A DNA stretch of 64,000 nt, from assembly GCA_965228855.1 (NCBI GenBank), contig CBDDIJ010000002.1:2304001-2368000 (forward strand), written 5' to 3'. Below, piece by piece: positions 9,678-20,223 of this stretch. A program made the position numbers and the translations under genes. The first letter of the stretch is position 1. Each line of letters starts with the position of its first letter. This stretch comes from Candidatus Obscuribacterales bacterium (GTDB lineage Bacteria; Cyanobacteriota; Vampirovibrionia; Obscuribacterales; Obscuribacteraceae). Below the pieces are notes generated by a model. It made no database searches, was not told where the DNA came from, and saw nothing but the letters and a program-made list of their open reading frames with translations.

Positions 9678-11813
9678 TCAAGATTTGTCGTCTGGCTTGG
9701 TTTTTCCGGTAAAGGGAGATGAACTTCCGCCCGCTTTCGAGCCGAACTTTCCACCCAGTTTTGGCGTGTTCTGTTCCAGCCAGCGCAGAAGCGAGTCCTT
9801 TGCCGTGTTAAGTACTATGGATGACTCGGTGTCGCCCCCGAGGTCGGGGTGAACCGCCGTAATTTGCTTTTTCCATTCCTTGAGAACTGTTTCCTTGGTC
9901 AGTTCTTCCGGTCGCAGACCAAGCAGCATGCAATTTTTACGAATTTCCTGCGGAATATGTTTGGACAGCACGCTGTTCGCAGCGTTTGAACTGCCGGCGC
10001 CCGCCGCGGCTGCTGCGGGTTCTGCAGGTTGACCGCCGCCCAGACCGCCACCGAGCCCACCGACTCCTGGATTGGGAGCCGCTTTACCGCCTACAAATTT
10101 CTTGAGTCCTGAGAGTCCCGCTTTACTGCCGTCAGGTGCTGGAGGCGTGCGAACTTCCATATCACTTCCCATCTCTTTAGCAGCAGCAGCGCGGTTTTTA
10201 ATCAGTTCGCGAAGCTGTTCGTCTGAGACTTGAGCCGCTTCCACAGCCACGTCTTCGGTCGTGGTCTCACCTGGCTGATCGAAATCGATGTTTATCGGTT
10301 CGTTGAGGACGTCGATAGTACCCAATTCTTCGAGTTCTTCAAGCGATTCGAAAATATCCAGTTTGTCGATATCAATGAGCTCGTCTATGAAGTCTAGAGC
10401 GTTCTCACCTTTCGGCGCTTCGGGGTCTGATGGTTCAACCACCGGTTCTTGAGCCTGGAAAACTTGCGTTTCCGGCTGTTCGTAAGAATCTTGTGCGTGG
10501 AGACTGTAATCGATGTCCGGCCCCTTGCGCTTCCGGCTCGCCTGTTCATCAGTGTTTCCATCCGCATTCGAGGCCGCCGGCTGCGGCGTTTCCGCTGCAA
10601 CTTCCTCCGGTGTCCCGCCTTGAGCATAGTCCGTGAGGTTTTTTGAAAAATCCCTGATCGAGAGAACGCCCATGCTATAAACCGTTTCCAGATCTCGCCA
10701 ACTCAACGATTCGAGAGGATTGAACGTGGAAGCGACATATGGACCGGTTTTTGCGAAGTTCATGACACGGTCAGGTTCCCAGGCACCCTGCTGGTCTTGC
10801 AGGGGAGCTGGAGCCGGCTCACTCTGGCGCATCTCGACGTTCGGCATCTCCTGATGCATTTCGTAGTATTGTCCCGGAGTGTAGACGACCTGGTCGCCTG
10901 TCGCGACGTGCTCGGTCGCCGGCGCCTGCTCTTGCGTGGGCGCAAATTCTGCCTGGGCGGCAGCGTTTGAAACGTCCTGCGCAGAGATCTGGTCAGGATT
11001 TTCTGGTGTCCTTTCGCTCAGACCTTTCTGATAGCCGATGTTAAATGCGTTTTGCAACTGCAATGCCAACATGTCCGCTTCTTGCTGAAGCTCAGCCAAC
11101 TTAGCCTCCAGCTCCAGAATTAAAGATTCGTGCTGCTGGTTAGTCATCTCCAACAGCGCTATATGCTCGTTGTTAGAGCGATTGCTGGAGACCAGTTCTT
11201 CCATCCGCAAAGCCATTTCGCGGTTGATACTTTCCATTTCGCCCTTGGAAGAAGCCGTACCGGCTTGCTCTTTGAGGCTATTTCGCAATATGGCGCTCTC
11301 CGATTCTAGTTCTCTCAAGCGCGCATTTATAGCCTCATTGACTCTTTCAAGTCCGGAAACCGAGCGAGCTAAATCGACCTTGTCCTCTTCGAGCGTCACC
11401 ACCTGAGCCAGCGCTTGTTCCAGTTCTCTTTCCAGATGTTTGAGTTGCTCGTCGGATTCAGAGCTCAAGAGCGCTTTGACTTGCTCGTTCAATATGTCGT
11501 CATCCGGCAAGCCCGGTATATCAGGAGCGCCAGTGCTGGTTTCAAGCTTGCTTCGCAGGCTTTTTAATTCAGCTTCGAGTTCTGCAACTCGCGACTGGCT
11601 GCCGGGATCTGTGGTTGTAAAACTAACATCGCCGCCGCGTGCGTCGACGATCATCTGCATGAATTCTTTATTTCGAGAAATATCAGCAGGCGACACCTTT
11701 GCTTCTTCAGCAACGGTATAGGGGTTTAAGTCCCATCCTTTGCCCATTACTGACGTAATGGCAGCTTCAATGTGGGATTTAGATATGGTTTCGGAGGTTA
11801 CGTTCTCGGACAT
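9678..11813 (-). CDS. HTH / coiled-coil / acidic linker protein with C-terminal J (DnaJ) domain
   Basis: C-terminal [15 protein letters not shown]...LNTAKDSL (HPD motif); long heptad region. Start placed at ATG 11813 (track extends to 11897). Confidence 0.7.
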   Translation of the reverse strand: MSENVTSETISKSHIEAAITSVMGKGWDLNPYTVAEEAKVSPADISRNKEFMQMIVDARGGDVSFTTTDPGSQSRVAELEAELKSLRSKLETSTGAPDIPGLPDDDILNEQVKALLSSESDEQLKHLERELEQALAQVVTLEEDKVDLARSVSGLERVNEAINARLRELESESAILRNSLKEQAGTASSKGEMESINREMALRMEELVSSNRSNNEHIALLEMTNQQHESLILELEAKLAELQQEADMLALQLQNAFNIGYQKGLSERTPENPDQISAQDVSNAAAQAEFAPTQEQAPATEHVATGDQVVYTPGQYYEMHQEMPNVEMRQSEPAPAPLQDQQGAWEPDRVMNFAKTGPYVASTFNPLESLSWRDLETVYSMGVLSIRDFSKNLTDYAQGGTPEEVAAETPQPAASNADGNTDEQASRKRKGPDIDYSLHAQDSYEQPETQVFQAQEPVVEPSDPEAPKGENALDFIDELIDIDKLDIFESLEELEELGTIDVLNEPINIDFDQPGETTTEDVAVEAAQVSDEQLRELIKNRAAAAKEMGSDMEVRTPPAPDGSKAGLSGLKKFVGGKAAPNPGVGGLGGGLGGGQPAEPAAAAAGAGSSNAANSVLSKHIPQEIRKNCMLLGLRPEELTKETVLKEWKKQITAVHPDLGGDTESSIVLNTAKDSLLRWLEQNTPKLGGKFGSKAGGSSSPFTGKTKPDDKS

Positions 11814-11981
11814 GCTTTTAGTAGGTGGGTTTTCCGCGGCGCGAATCGACACGAGAATGGTCGCTCGAGTGACGAGCTGATCAGTCAGTATAGCCACTCT
11901 TATATTTTATTTCTTCCCTCTCGAATCAAAAACCTGCAAGTTTTTCTGGTAACTTATTCTGAACTTTGGCGGTACAAAATT

Positions 11982-12284
11982 GTGCATCGAGCAAGACTGA
12001 GAATTCGAGGGCGAGTTCAGGGCGTTTTTTACAGAAAAAGCGCTGAAGAGGCTGCCAATAAACTGGGCTTAGCCGGTTGGGTGCGAAACCTGCCGGATGG
12101 CAGTGTTGAAGCTTACGCTTGCGGGGAGCGCGAAACCATCGAGTGCTTTGCAAGCTGGTGTCATGCCGGCCCTCCCGGTGCGCGCGTTGAATCGGTCGAA
12201 CTGGTCTGGCGGGAGCGCGCCGAGGACGAAGATGAAAAACACGTCGAGCCTGGCTGCGGTTTCAACGTCACCTGGTTAAGCTAG
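11982..12284 (+). CDS. acyP: Acylphosphatase
   Basis: [23 protein letters not shown] and GPPGARVE motifs. Start moved to GTG 11982 because the track extension overlaps the divergent gene. Confidence 0.9.
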   Translation: MHRARLRIRGRVQGVFYRKSAEEAANKLGLAGWVRNLPDGSVEAYACGERETIECFASWCHAGPPGARVESVELVWRERAEDEDEKHVEPGCGFNVTWLS

Positions 12285-12290
12285 GCTGCT

Positions 12291-14660
12291 CTAGCTAATC
12301 AGGCGAGAGCCCGGCCCTTCGAAGATTCGATACGCCTCTTTGATTTTTCCGGAGTCAAGACCATCACCCAGCGCGTCTAGCGCCGCTGAGGTATCCGCTT
12401 TTGATTGACTTACTACTGGGGCTGCCGACTGCGAGCGACCCCTATCAGCCTCCTCGTCCAGATCCCGCTGCTCAGATCTGCCTGAGCTGGGTTCCGGACG
12501 TGTGGCAGTTGCGGTGTTCGATGGTGTGCGGTTGTAGGCGTTGTTCGGTTCTTGCGGGAGCCTTGCCGCCGCTGGCTCTTGCGAAGCTCGAAGCGCCACG
12601 TCGTTACGTTGAGGTGCGGACTGCATCGGTGCATCGCCGCCACGTGGAGCTGCGTTATGGGCAGCTCCGCCACCAGGCGGCGCTCCCTCCGCAATGACCT
12701 TCACTATGATGCGAACCTCGTCATTCCAGACGTCTCGGTACGCTTCCATGATCTTGTTGGTCTTGTTTTCAATCGACTTCTGAAAGAATTCCTTCGGTAC
12801 GCCGATCGTAAGGGTTTTCGACTCGAAGCGAATCGGAAATGCGTGCGTAGAGACAAGGCTGAATGCCGGAATACTGCGTTTGTGGATCGCTTCGAGCAAC
12901 TCTCCCCACATCTCGTCCAGCCCGGACTGCGAAAGCTCGCCCTGTCCTTCACCCTCCACGTAGTCAGAAGGCTGAGGCGGAGCGGCTTGACGTTGTGGCG
13001 GTGCGGCCGCCTGTGCCGCCGGTCGCTGGACCGGAGCGGGAGAAGCCGCGGCTTGAGCTACTGGTCGAGAGGCGAAGCCCTCACCATCTTCCTCTTCCTC
13101 CTCGAAGCTGCGGTCGTACATCACGCCTCCGGCGGGCGCAGGAGCTTGATCCATTGTTTGAACCGATGAAACGACAACCGGTGCAGCGGCCCCTTCATCT
13201 TCGTCATCATCTCCTTGAATCAAGGCAAATCCTCCGGCCGGAGCTGCGCTTGCAGCCGGTTCTACTCGCGCAGGCGCGGGTGGAGGTGTCGCAGAAACGG
13301 GTGCTTCCGGTCTCGGTGCCGGCTCACTGCGCGGCGGGGCTTCCTGTCTTGGCGCTGAATAAGATTGCGGCGCCGCTGCCGGACTGGGTTGCCCACCGTA
13401 TGAAGGTCTTGCCGGAGGTGCGGCGGAGGCACCGGGACCGCCAGGCGGGCGAGCTGCCGCGCGCGGCATCTCTCCGCTTGCCATCGCTTCCTGCAGCTTG
13501 GCTATCTTCTGCTCGAGTTCGCGGATGCTGGTTATGTCGTGGCGGTGGCACAGTGAAAGCAGCGCTATCTCAAGCGTCATCGACGGCTGAGTCGAACGCT
13601 TCAAAGCTTGTTCCAGATTGTCGAGTTGTTCGACCATCTGCGAGAGCTCCACTCGTTCGAATTGCGTGGATTGCTCCACCAACCCTTCTATGTATTCCTT
13701 CGAGCCGAGGACGAAGCGCCGCGCCTCATCGGCGTTGCCTTCTTTGGCGGTAACATATGAAGCCTTCGCCAGGTTCAAAAAGTGCTTAGCTAATTCCTGC
13801 GCAATCAAGGCTGGCTCTCGACCCTGCATTACCAGTCCGGAAATTCCGTCGAGAACATCCTTACCGTTTCGTTCCAAAATGCCACGGCTCAACGTCAACA
13901 AAACGTCCTCATCAAGCGCTCCTAAGAGGACGAGCAAGTCTTTCTGCGTGACAGGTTCTCCCGGTCTTGCCAGCAAGCTCGCCTGATCGAGCAGTCCGAG
14001 AGCGTCTCTCAGACCGCCTCCCGACTTCCTGGTGATCAACTCTATCGCGTCTTGTTGAATCTCGATATTTTCTTTGGCCGCTACGGAAGCTAGATGCTCT
14101 GCCAATTCATCGAGGTTTGCCAATCTAAACATCAGGCGCTGGCAACGGCTCAAAATCGTCGGCGGAACCTTGTGTTCCTCGGTGGTGGCAAGGATGAAGA
14201 TTACGTTGGGCGGCGGCTCTTCAATGGTTTTGAGCAAAGCATTGAATGCCTCTTTCGTGAGCATGTGACATTCGTCGACGATGTAGAGTTTGTTGCGTCC
14301 GCCCTGTGCCACCAGTGGTGCGCGCTCGATCAACATACGCGCGTCGTCGACGCTGTTGTTTGACGCCGCGTCAATCTCGAACACTGATGGACAGCTGCTT
14401 TCTTTGATTGAAACGCATGATGCGCATTGCAAGCACGGCGTGACCGTGGGGCCATTCTCGCAGTTTATTGACTTCGCCAAAATTCTTGCGGAAGAGGTTT
14501 TGCCGCATCCACGAGGACCAGTAAAAAGATATGCATGAGCTATGCGATTGTTTTCGATCGCGTTTGTGAGTGTCTTCACAACCGACTTCTGACCAACCAG
14601 GTCTCCCAGCGTTTGCGGTCGATGTTTCAGGTATAAAGGTAGATACTTCGATTGGTCCAC
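12291..14660 (-). CDS. dnaX: DNA polymerase III subunit gamma/tau
   Basis: HAYLFTGPRGCGKTS, Cys zinc cluster, EIDAAS, DECH, FNALLKTIEEPP and SRCQ motifs; long Pro/Ala-rich linker. Confidence 0.97.
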   Translation of the reverse strand: MDQSKYLPLYLKHRPQTLGDLVGQKSVVKTLTNAIENNRIAHAYLFTGPRGCGKTSSARILAKSINCENGPTVTPCLQCASCVSIKESSCPSVFEIDAASNNSVDDARMLIERAPLVAQGGRNKLYIVDECHMLTKEAFNALLKTIEEPPPNVIFILATTEEHKVPPTILSRCQRLMFRLANLDELAEHLASVAAKENIEIQQDAIELITRKSGGGLRDALGLLDQASLLARPGEPVTQKDLLVLLGALDEDVLLTLSRGILERNGKDVLDGISGLVMQGREPALIAQELAKHFLNLAKASYVTAKEGNADEARRFVLGSKEYIEGLVEQSTQFERVELSQMVEQLDNLEQALKRSTQPSMTLEIALLSLCHRHDITSIRELEQKIAKLQEAMASGEMPRAAARPPGGPGASAAPPARPSYGGQPSPAAAPQSYSAPRQEAPPRSEPAPRPEAPVSATPPPAPARVEPAASAAPAGGFALIQGDDDEDEGAAAPVVVSSVQTMDQAPAPAGGVMYDRSFEEEEEDGEGFASRPVAQAAASPAPVQRPAAQAAAPPQRQAAPPQPSDYVEGEGQGELSQSGLDEMWGELLEAIHKRSIPAFSLVSTHAFPIRFESKTLTIGVPKEFFQKSIENKTNKIMEAYRDVWNDEVRIIVKVIAEGAPPGGGAAHNAAPRGGDAPMQSAPQRNDVALRASQEPAAARLPQEPNNAYNRTPSNTATATRPEPSSGRSEQRDLDEEADRGRSQSAAPVVSQSKADTSAALDALGDGLDSGKIKEAYRIFEGPGSRLIS

Positions 14661-14929
14661 TTAGCTAACCCATATTTGCGAATGCCGCAATATATGCGGA
14701 AATTCGCGGTTTCACTGATTTCTTCGGGGACGAGCTCTCGTCCAGATAAAATCGTAACCGATCGCCCGCTCTAATCACGTTGAAAACTTGCATGTTCAAT
14801 CTAAACTATCTAAAAAGTTGCTGATTCAACTGACAAGCGGCAAGCCCTTTGCAAACTTTGGTTTCTGCGTGCTCGATTTACAGAGAGACGGTAAGATTTC
14901 AATAGGTCGGCGTCAGGATACAAGATTTT

Positions 14930-15598
14930 ATGTTCGAATTTTTCAAAAGCAGATGCGGCGAACGTATTTTGTTTATCGGCGTTGTATCAATGGCTTTTGC
15001 AATCTGTGGGTGCGCATCCACAACTGGCGCGAAGGAGACCGCGCAGATCGGTGCTGAAACGAGTAGCGACCCTGAGCAAATCACGGATTCCGAGCAGTCG
15101 CTGGAAGTATCTAAAGTTAAAACTCCGCCTGGTCTGGAAAAGGCGGTGCTCGCCGCCGGCTGTTTCTGGGGCGTCGAGAAAATATTGCAGGAGTTGCATG
15201 GAGTGAAGGCGACAACGGTTGGTTACACGGGTGGTAAAGAGCTGGATACCGATTACAACCGCGTATGCGCGGGTCGAACCGGTCACGCCGAAGCCGTGGA
15301 GATCTTTTTCGATCCTAAACAGATATCGTTTCACGCGCTTCTGAGCAAGTTCTTTGACCTCCATGATGCAGGCGACAAAGAAGGATTGACATTCCATGGC
15401 GGTCAGTATCGCTCTGCAATTTTCTACACAAGCGATGAACAGAAGAAGGTCGCCGAAGACTTTGTGAAACAGCTAGAGGCGAAAGAGCATCACAAGATCT
15501 ACACGCAAATCGTGCCCGCTACGGATTTTGTAGTGGCAGAGGATTTTCACCAGAATTATTTGAAAGTTCGTGGTCTGGAAGCCAGTTGCCACAAGTAA
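14930..15598 (+). CDS. msrA: Peptide methionine sulfoxide reductase MsrA (Cys form), probable lipoprotein
   Basis: GCFWG, GYTGG, TGHAE, QYRSAIF and AEDFHQNY motifs; lipobox-like AFAICGC; C-terminal Cys. Confidence 0.93.
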   Translation: MFEFFKSRCGERILFIGVVSMAFAICGCASTTGAKETAQIGAETSSDPEQITDSEQSLEVSKVKTPPGLEKAVLAAGCFWGVEKILQELHGVKATTVGYTGGKELDTDYNRVCAGRTGHAEAVEIFFDPKQISFHALLSKFFDLHDAGDKEGLTFHGGQYRSAIFYTSDEQKKVAEDFVKQLEAKEHHKIYTQIVPATDFVVAEDFHQNYLKVRGLEASCHK

Positions 15599-15649
15599 TA
15601 CGTTTAATTGAACCGAGAAATTTTGAACCGGTTTAGTCGGTTTCGAAAC

Positions 15650-16519
15650 CTACCGTGCCGCCATTTCCCTGGTCAATTCTACGAGTTGTTTCTTCGCTTC
15701 AGCGCTGGAAAGCTTTACACGTTGACCGTGTCCGGGCAGAACCCATTCGAAATCAAAGTCGATAAGCGTCTTCATCGACTCTGTTTGTTCTGACCAGGAA
15801 TACCAGCAGTAATCTCGAAACGCTTCGAGATGTTTCGCTTCGCGGCTGAAGTATAGATGATCTCCAGTGAATAGAAACTTGTTGCGGTATAGCAAAACCA
15901 TATGCCCCTTTGTGTGCCCTGGGGTGTGAACTATTTCGAAACCGTCGGGAATGTCCGCAAAAGCACTTGCGTCCTCAATTACGATCTCCGCATCCCGACA
16001 CGCTTGAATAGCATCTGCGTGAATGATTCGTTGCGCTTTAAACTTTTCCGCAAAACGATCTGCATCCGCTACATCGTCCTCGTGTGTGAGAAAAATGTAT
16101 TTCAATCCGCCGCGTTCCTCTATTCGTTTGACCAGGTGCTGGTTGAACTTAGGAGCATCAATGAGCCAGTTGCCACCTGCGTTTTCGATGAAGTATGAGT
16201 TTCCGCCATAGCTTTTGGGGGAATTGAAACCGCAATAGAATACACCGTCCTCGATTGGCAACGGAAAATCATCCATCACTTCTGCGGCGATATTGTTGCC
16301 GTCGCAACCGATGGAACCGGTCGGACAGGCAAGAAGCGCTTGAGTCGCTTTTCTTCGAGCTTGCACGGAGTTCGGCTGTTCCCAAACGTATGAATAGTCT
16401 CCTGCGTCCTTGAATGACTCCGGCGCAATTTGCCTGCACGTATCGCAGTCAATACAAGTGGTATCAACGAAAAAGTCTCCGTCCACGTTTTCTCTCACAA
16501 TTTTCTTTCTGTCGGCCAT
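15650..16519 (-). CDS. Ferredoxin-fused MBL-fold metallo-hydrolase
   Basis: N-terminal CIDCDTC...CP; THEDDVAD, TPGHTKGH, FTGDH and LPGHG motifs. Confidence 0.9.
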   Translation of the reverse strand: MADRKKIVRENVDGDFFVDTTCIDCDTCRQIAPESFKDAGDYSYVWEQPNSVQARRKATQALLACPTGSIGCDGNNIAAEVMDDFPLPIEDGVFYCGFNSPKSYGGNSYFIENAGGNWLIDAPKFNQHLVKRIEERGGLKYIFLTHEDDVADADRFAEKFKAQRIIHADAIQACRDAEIVIEDASAFADIPDGFEIVHTPGHTKGHMVLLYRNKFLFTGDHLYFSREAKHLEAFRDYCWYSWSEQTESMKTLIDFDFEWVLPGHGQRVKLSSAEAKKQLVELTREMAAR

Positions 16520-16657
16520 AAGCGCGATTCTCTTCGTGGAGTTATGCTTCGAGTTTAGATCTTAAAACATCAGGCGGCAACCGATTGTTTTGGCCTGAAG
16601 TTAGTTGCGTCTGCCGATGATGTACGATACGAATGATAGCTTTGCCGTGGTCGAAAA

Positions 16658-18691
16658 ATGACCCCAGGAAAACAAATTGCCAATCGTTCGAGCGAGAGCA
16701 TTTCAGCGCGCGCGAAAAGCTCTTTGGTTTTCATTGCATCCGCACTTCTTTTGTGCGGCTGTAACTCGACCGGCTCCGGTTCGACTGACGACGCGAGAAA
16801 ACGAAGTGCGGCGAAAGATCAGGCAGCCAGGGCGAAAAGCGAAGCTGAAGATGCTGTCGGTAAGTCGAATGACGATGATAATGAGCTGGAAAAGCTGAAG
16901 GCGTACAGTCGCAAATGTTTTCTGAAAGCAGAAAAGAAAGAAGACTTCTATAGACCACCAATCGATGAGAATGAGCGAGAAGCCGTAAAAATCTGCACCA
17001 AAGCTGCGGCTATTCTAGATGCGCGGCGAGAGGCCGAAGACAAAAGAAATGGTAGTGCTCCCCAGTCGAAAGATCCAGTCGACGCTGAAGTAGAGAAAGT
17101 CAAAAAGGAATACGGAAACATTGAAGGGTCTCGCGCAATTCAGGATGCGCTTCTAATCAGCCAGAGAGCGACTGCAATGGCGCCGAAACATCCCCTCGCC
17201 TGGAACCTACTTGCAGCGTGTCATTACACGATGGGAGATCGAGAAGCGGGTGATGCCGCAGTGGAAAAGGCTTGCGCGCTGGATCCGTGCTATGTGGTCG
17301 CCTGGAAAAACCGCGGAGTGATCGCCGCTGAGCGTCACAACTGGACAAAAGCGGCGGAATCGTTTGGGCATTGCGCGCGTTTGATTCCGGAGAATCCCAA
17401 GATTTCCATGATGATGGGGCGCGTTTACATCGAGATGCAACGCGGAGATGAGGCGATTAAGTGGTTTCAAAAAACATTGGAAATCGCTCCGAAGAATGCA
17501 GATGCTTGGTATCAACTCGGATATGCGTACCATTGCATGAAGCAGTTCACGACAGCGGAAGAAATGTACAACAAAGCCCTTTCGTTTGAACCCACTCATG
17601 AGGAAGCATTGCGGTATTTGTTGATTGCTCAGCGTGGTCAGAAAAAGTTCGCTGAAGCCGAAAAAACTATTGTGCGAATGACGCAAGTGATACCACAGCG
17701 AGCGATCGGATGGATTGAGCTCGGAAATTTACGCCGCGCTCGTGGTGACGTTTATGGGATGAAACAGGCTTATCGAGAGGTTTTCAAACATGATCGTAAA
17801 AATTCCGAGGGAATAATCGCTGAAGGCGAATACTACGCGGATCAGCAAAAATTCGAAGAGGCACGAAATTATTTTGAGCAAGCTCGCAAGCTAAATCCAA
17901 GCTGGTCAAGACCGTGGCATCTGCTCGGTCAGCTTGCCATGGATGTGCATGACTACAAGGGGGCGGAAAAATATTACTCTGTTGCCGCGAAATTGAGGAC
18001 GAATGCACCATTCGAGTGGAATAGTCTTGGATGCGCAGTCGCTTCGCAGGGGCGCATTCCCGAAGCCGAGAAGTTTTTCAAAACGGCCGTCGAGAAGGAC
18101 CCCTCGTACGCTCAAGGCTGGTCTAACTTGAGCCTGATCGCCCGTGATATGGGGCGGAGGCAAGAGGCTATCGAGTTGGGCTTGAAGGCCGTGAAGATGG
18201 ACCCTTACAGAACGAATTCCCTCTGCAATCTTGCCGATTTGTACTACGCAGAAGGGCGTTTAAAAGAGGCCGAAAGTCTTGCTCAAAAGGCCCTTCGTGT
18301 AGACGCAACTTCTGCTGATGCCTGGATTGCACTTGGCGTAATCGCCGCCGGGAAAAAGGATGCTGCCACCGCCAAGAAGTGTTTCGTCAAGGCGACGGAA
18401 CTTGAGCCTAGTAACAAAAGCGCCTGGAAAAACTTATCCGAAGTCTATAAGTTGCTTGGGGACAAGAAAGGCGAGGCTAGTGCGTTGAAAATGGCAATCA
18501 AAAGCAAGAGCACCGATCATCCTGACGATTTGTACAGCATGGCTTACAAGCTGGAATCGCTCGGTCATAAAGACGATGCGCGTGCTGCAATGAAGCAAGG
18601 TCTGAACATGGATCCCAGCGAAGCGGATGTGCTGATGAACGTCCCCTACGCTATTGAACAGAGTGAGTCCGATTCGAAGTCGCCGAAGTAG
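16658..18691 (+). CDS. Multi-TPR lipoprotein
   Basis: LLLCGC lipobox; more than 10 tandem TPR repeats (AWNLLA, AWKNRG, AWYQLG, AWIALG). Confidence 0.85.
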   Translation: MTPGKQIANRSSESISARAKSSLVFIASALLLCGCNSTGSGSTDDARKRSAAKDQAARAKSEAEDAVGKSNDDDNELEKLKAYSRKCFLKAEKKEDFYRPPIDENEREAVKICTKAAAILDARREAEDKRNGSAPQSKDPVDAEVEKVKKEYGNIEGSRAIQDALLISQRATAMAPKHPLAWNLLAACHYTMGDREAGDAAVEKACALDPCYVVAWKNRGVIAAERHNWTKAAESFGHCARLIPENPKISMMMGRVYIEMQRGDEAIKWFQKTLEIAPKNADAWYQLGYAYHCMKQFTTAEEMYNKALSFEPTHEEALRYLLIAQRGQKKFAEAEKTIVRMTQVIPQRAIGWIELGNLRRARGDVYGMKQAYREVFKHDRKNSEGIIAEGEYYADQQKFEEARNYFEQARKLNPSWSRPWHLLGQLAMDVHDYKGAEKYYSVAAKLRTNAPFEWNSLGCAVASQGRIPEAEKFFKTAVEKDPSYAQGWSNLSLIARDMGRRQEAIELGLKAVKMDPYRTNSLCNLADLYYAEGRLKEAESLAQKALRVDATSADAWIALGVIAAGKKDAATAKKCFVKATELEPSNKSAWKNLSEVYKLLGDKKGEASALKMAIKSKSTDHPDDLYSMAYKLESLGHKDDARAAMKQGLNMDPSEADVLMNVPYAIEQSESDSKSPK

Positions 18692-18693
18692 TT

Positions 18694-20211
18694 CTAAATA
18701 AACTGAAAAAGCAGCAGACTCTTAACTATCACCGGGTCGCTTGGCGCTTCGCGTGCGAGTTGGAAGCTGACCTGATTGACCGGATACACATAGTTTTTCT
18801 TGCCGGGTATGGTACCGCCCGCGGTGTTGGTTGGCTCGGCCAGGGTAAATTGAGGCTCTCCAAACTTTTTCTTCATGGTTTCCAGCTTATCATTGAGAGC
18901 AACACCAAGTCCTTCGGGAACGTAAGCTTGGTCGAATACTCTGAAAGCCTCGACGGTACCATTACGCAAATAGATTTGCAGCAATGTCTTTCGACTGTTG
19001 TTTTGCAAAGACCAGACGTTCCATCCGTTGTACTTTTGTTTGGAGACAATTCCCTTGTTTTTGAGGTAGGAATCGACTTGTGCTTCAGGCACGCCCAGTC
19101 TGAGCCCCGGAATGCCTGACACCAGCTGCGGTGGCAGGTAGGCGACGTGCATTCCACCGGATGCTATCGGCCCGCGATTTTTCGCCTTTTCCAGAATTCC
19201 AGCGACACCGCTCAAATCCGCTTCCTTCTCAGCCACGTATTCTTTCATTGTCCGGTACTGAATCGGGCTGTCGACGCGCGCGTACGTTTTATCACTTCCG
19301 CCGTACTGATTGTCGGCAGGAGATTCGGCTTGACCGCGCCTGAGGTCTACGATTCCCTGCGACTGTGCCAGTCCCGCCGATCTCGTCGAGTCCTTAGTGT
19401 AGTCGGTTATCTTCGGAATCGATGAAATTGTGGTGCCTCGGGCGTAATTGCCTGTTCGAATCACTTTTGATTCAGTGTCCGCAATTATATTAGCCATCTC
19501 CTCTGCTGGAGCCGATTCAGCTTTCTTGTTGCCAGTGATCTCTTCTACGAATTTTGTCGCCTGGTACATTTTGTTGATGTTGTTCGCCATCGCCCCCCAG
19601 TTGTTAGTCGATTTACCGGAGAGTGCCGAGGACGACTCCGCCTTGCTATCGGTGGACGCACCTAGATTACCGGCGGGTTGGTAGGCATTGGGCGTGAAAT
19701 TGAATCTGGCACCGGCGCTTCCTGCGGATGGCTCTGCGAGGCTTGCTGTTTTCGAAGCACCGTCTAAATGATAACCACCTGGTTTTGAACGGCTGGCCGG
19801 CATCATCGCGATTAGCTCATCCGATTTCGTCGCGCTCATTTTAGCCCGGCGCATCTGTTTAGCCTGCGGTCTAATCACAAGCGCGGGATCGAGTGAATTC
19901 TGGGTTGCTAGAAACATTTGCTGCGATGGAGCCTGATCCAATTTTTGCATCGCGATTTGGGGCTCATTTCCAATGTTCTGCAAAATGCGAATCAGCAATT
20001 GCACTCCGGCTTCCGGTGAAGAAACTGCGGAACCGGCTTTCAGCAGTTTGGTCTTCCTCGCAACGATGGTAGCTTTGCTCTCCGCCCCGAACGTCGGCGA
20101 GCCGGCGGCAACCGGTTGGTTGGCGCATACCGCCAGCGAAACTGCAGTGATAATGGCGCTCGTCACGTGCAGATGTTTTGTTTCTATTCGGGTCTTGATT
20201 AGCTTCATCAT
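18694..20211 (-). CDS. Secreted hypothetical protein, last gene of the two-component operon
   Basis: 505-aa ORF with signal peptide and GGAGG RBS, 12 bp after the response regulator; globular C-terminus (GLRLG...KKFGEP). Confidence 0.7.
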   Translation of the reverse strand: MMKLIKTRIETKHLHVTSAIITAVSLAVCANQPVAAGSPTFGAESKATIVARKTKLLKAGSAVSSPEAGVQLLIRILQNIGNEPQIAMQKLDQAPSQQMFLATQNSLDPALVIRPQAKQMRRAKMSATKSDELIAMMPASRSKPGGYHLDGASKTASLAEPSAGSAGARFNFTPNAYQPAGNLGASTDSKAESSSALSGKSTNNWGAMANNINKMYQATKFVEEITGNKKAESAPAEEMANIIADTESKVIRTGNYARGTTISSIPKITDYTKDSTRSAGLAQSQGIVDLRRGQAESPADNQYGGSDKTYARVDSPIQYRTMKEYVAEKEADLSGVAGILEKAKNRGPIASGGMHVAYLPPQLVSGIPGLRLGVPEAQVDSYLKNKGIVSKQKYNGWNVWSLQNNSRKTLLQIYLRNGTVEAFRVFDQAYVPEGLGVALNDKLETMKKKFGEPQFTLAEPTNTAGGTIPGKKNYVYPVNQVSFQLAREAPSDPVIVKSLLLFQFI

Positions 20212-20223
20212 CGTTCCTCCGGT

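Noticed and set aside
12401..13986. Long antisense or overlapping ORFs (e.g. 12863..13753, 1252..1857, 32454..33113)
   Set aside because: Shadow frames of well-supported genes with no recognisable motifs.
12291..14660. Programmed frameshift or intein in dnaX; SRP RNA upstream
   Set aside because: I saw no A-AAA-AAG slippery site, intein motif or SRP loop motif; the extra length is a low-complexity linker.
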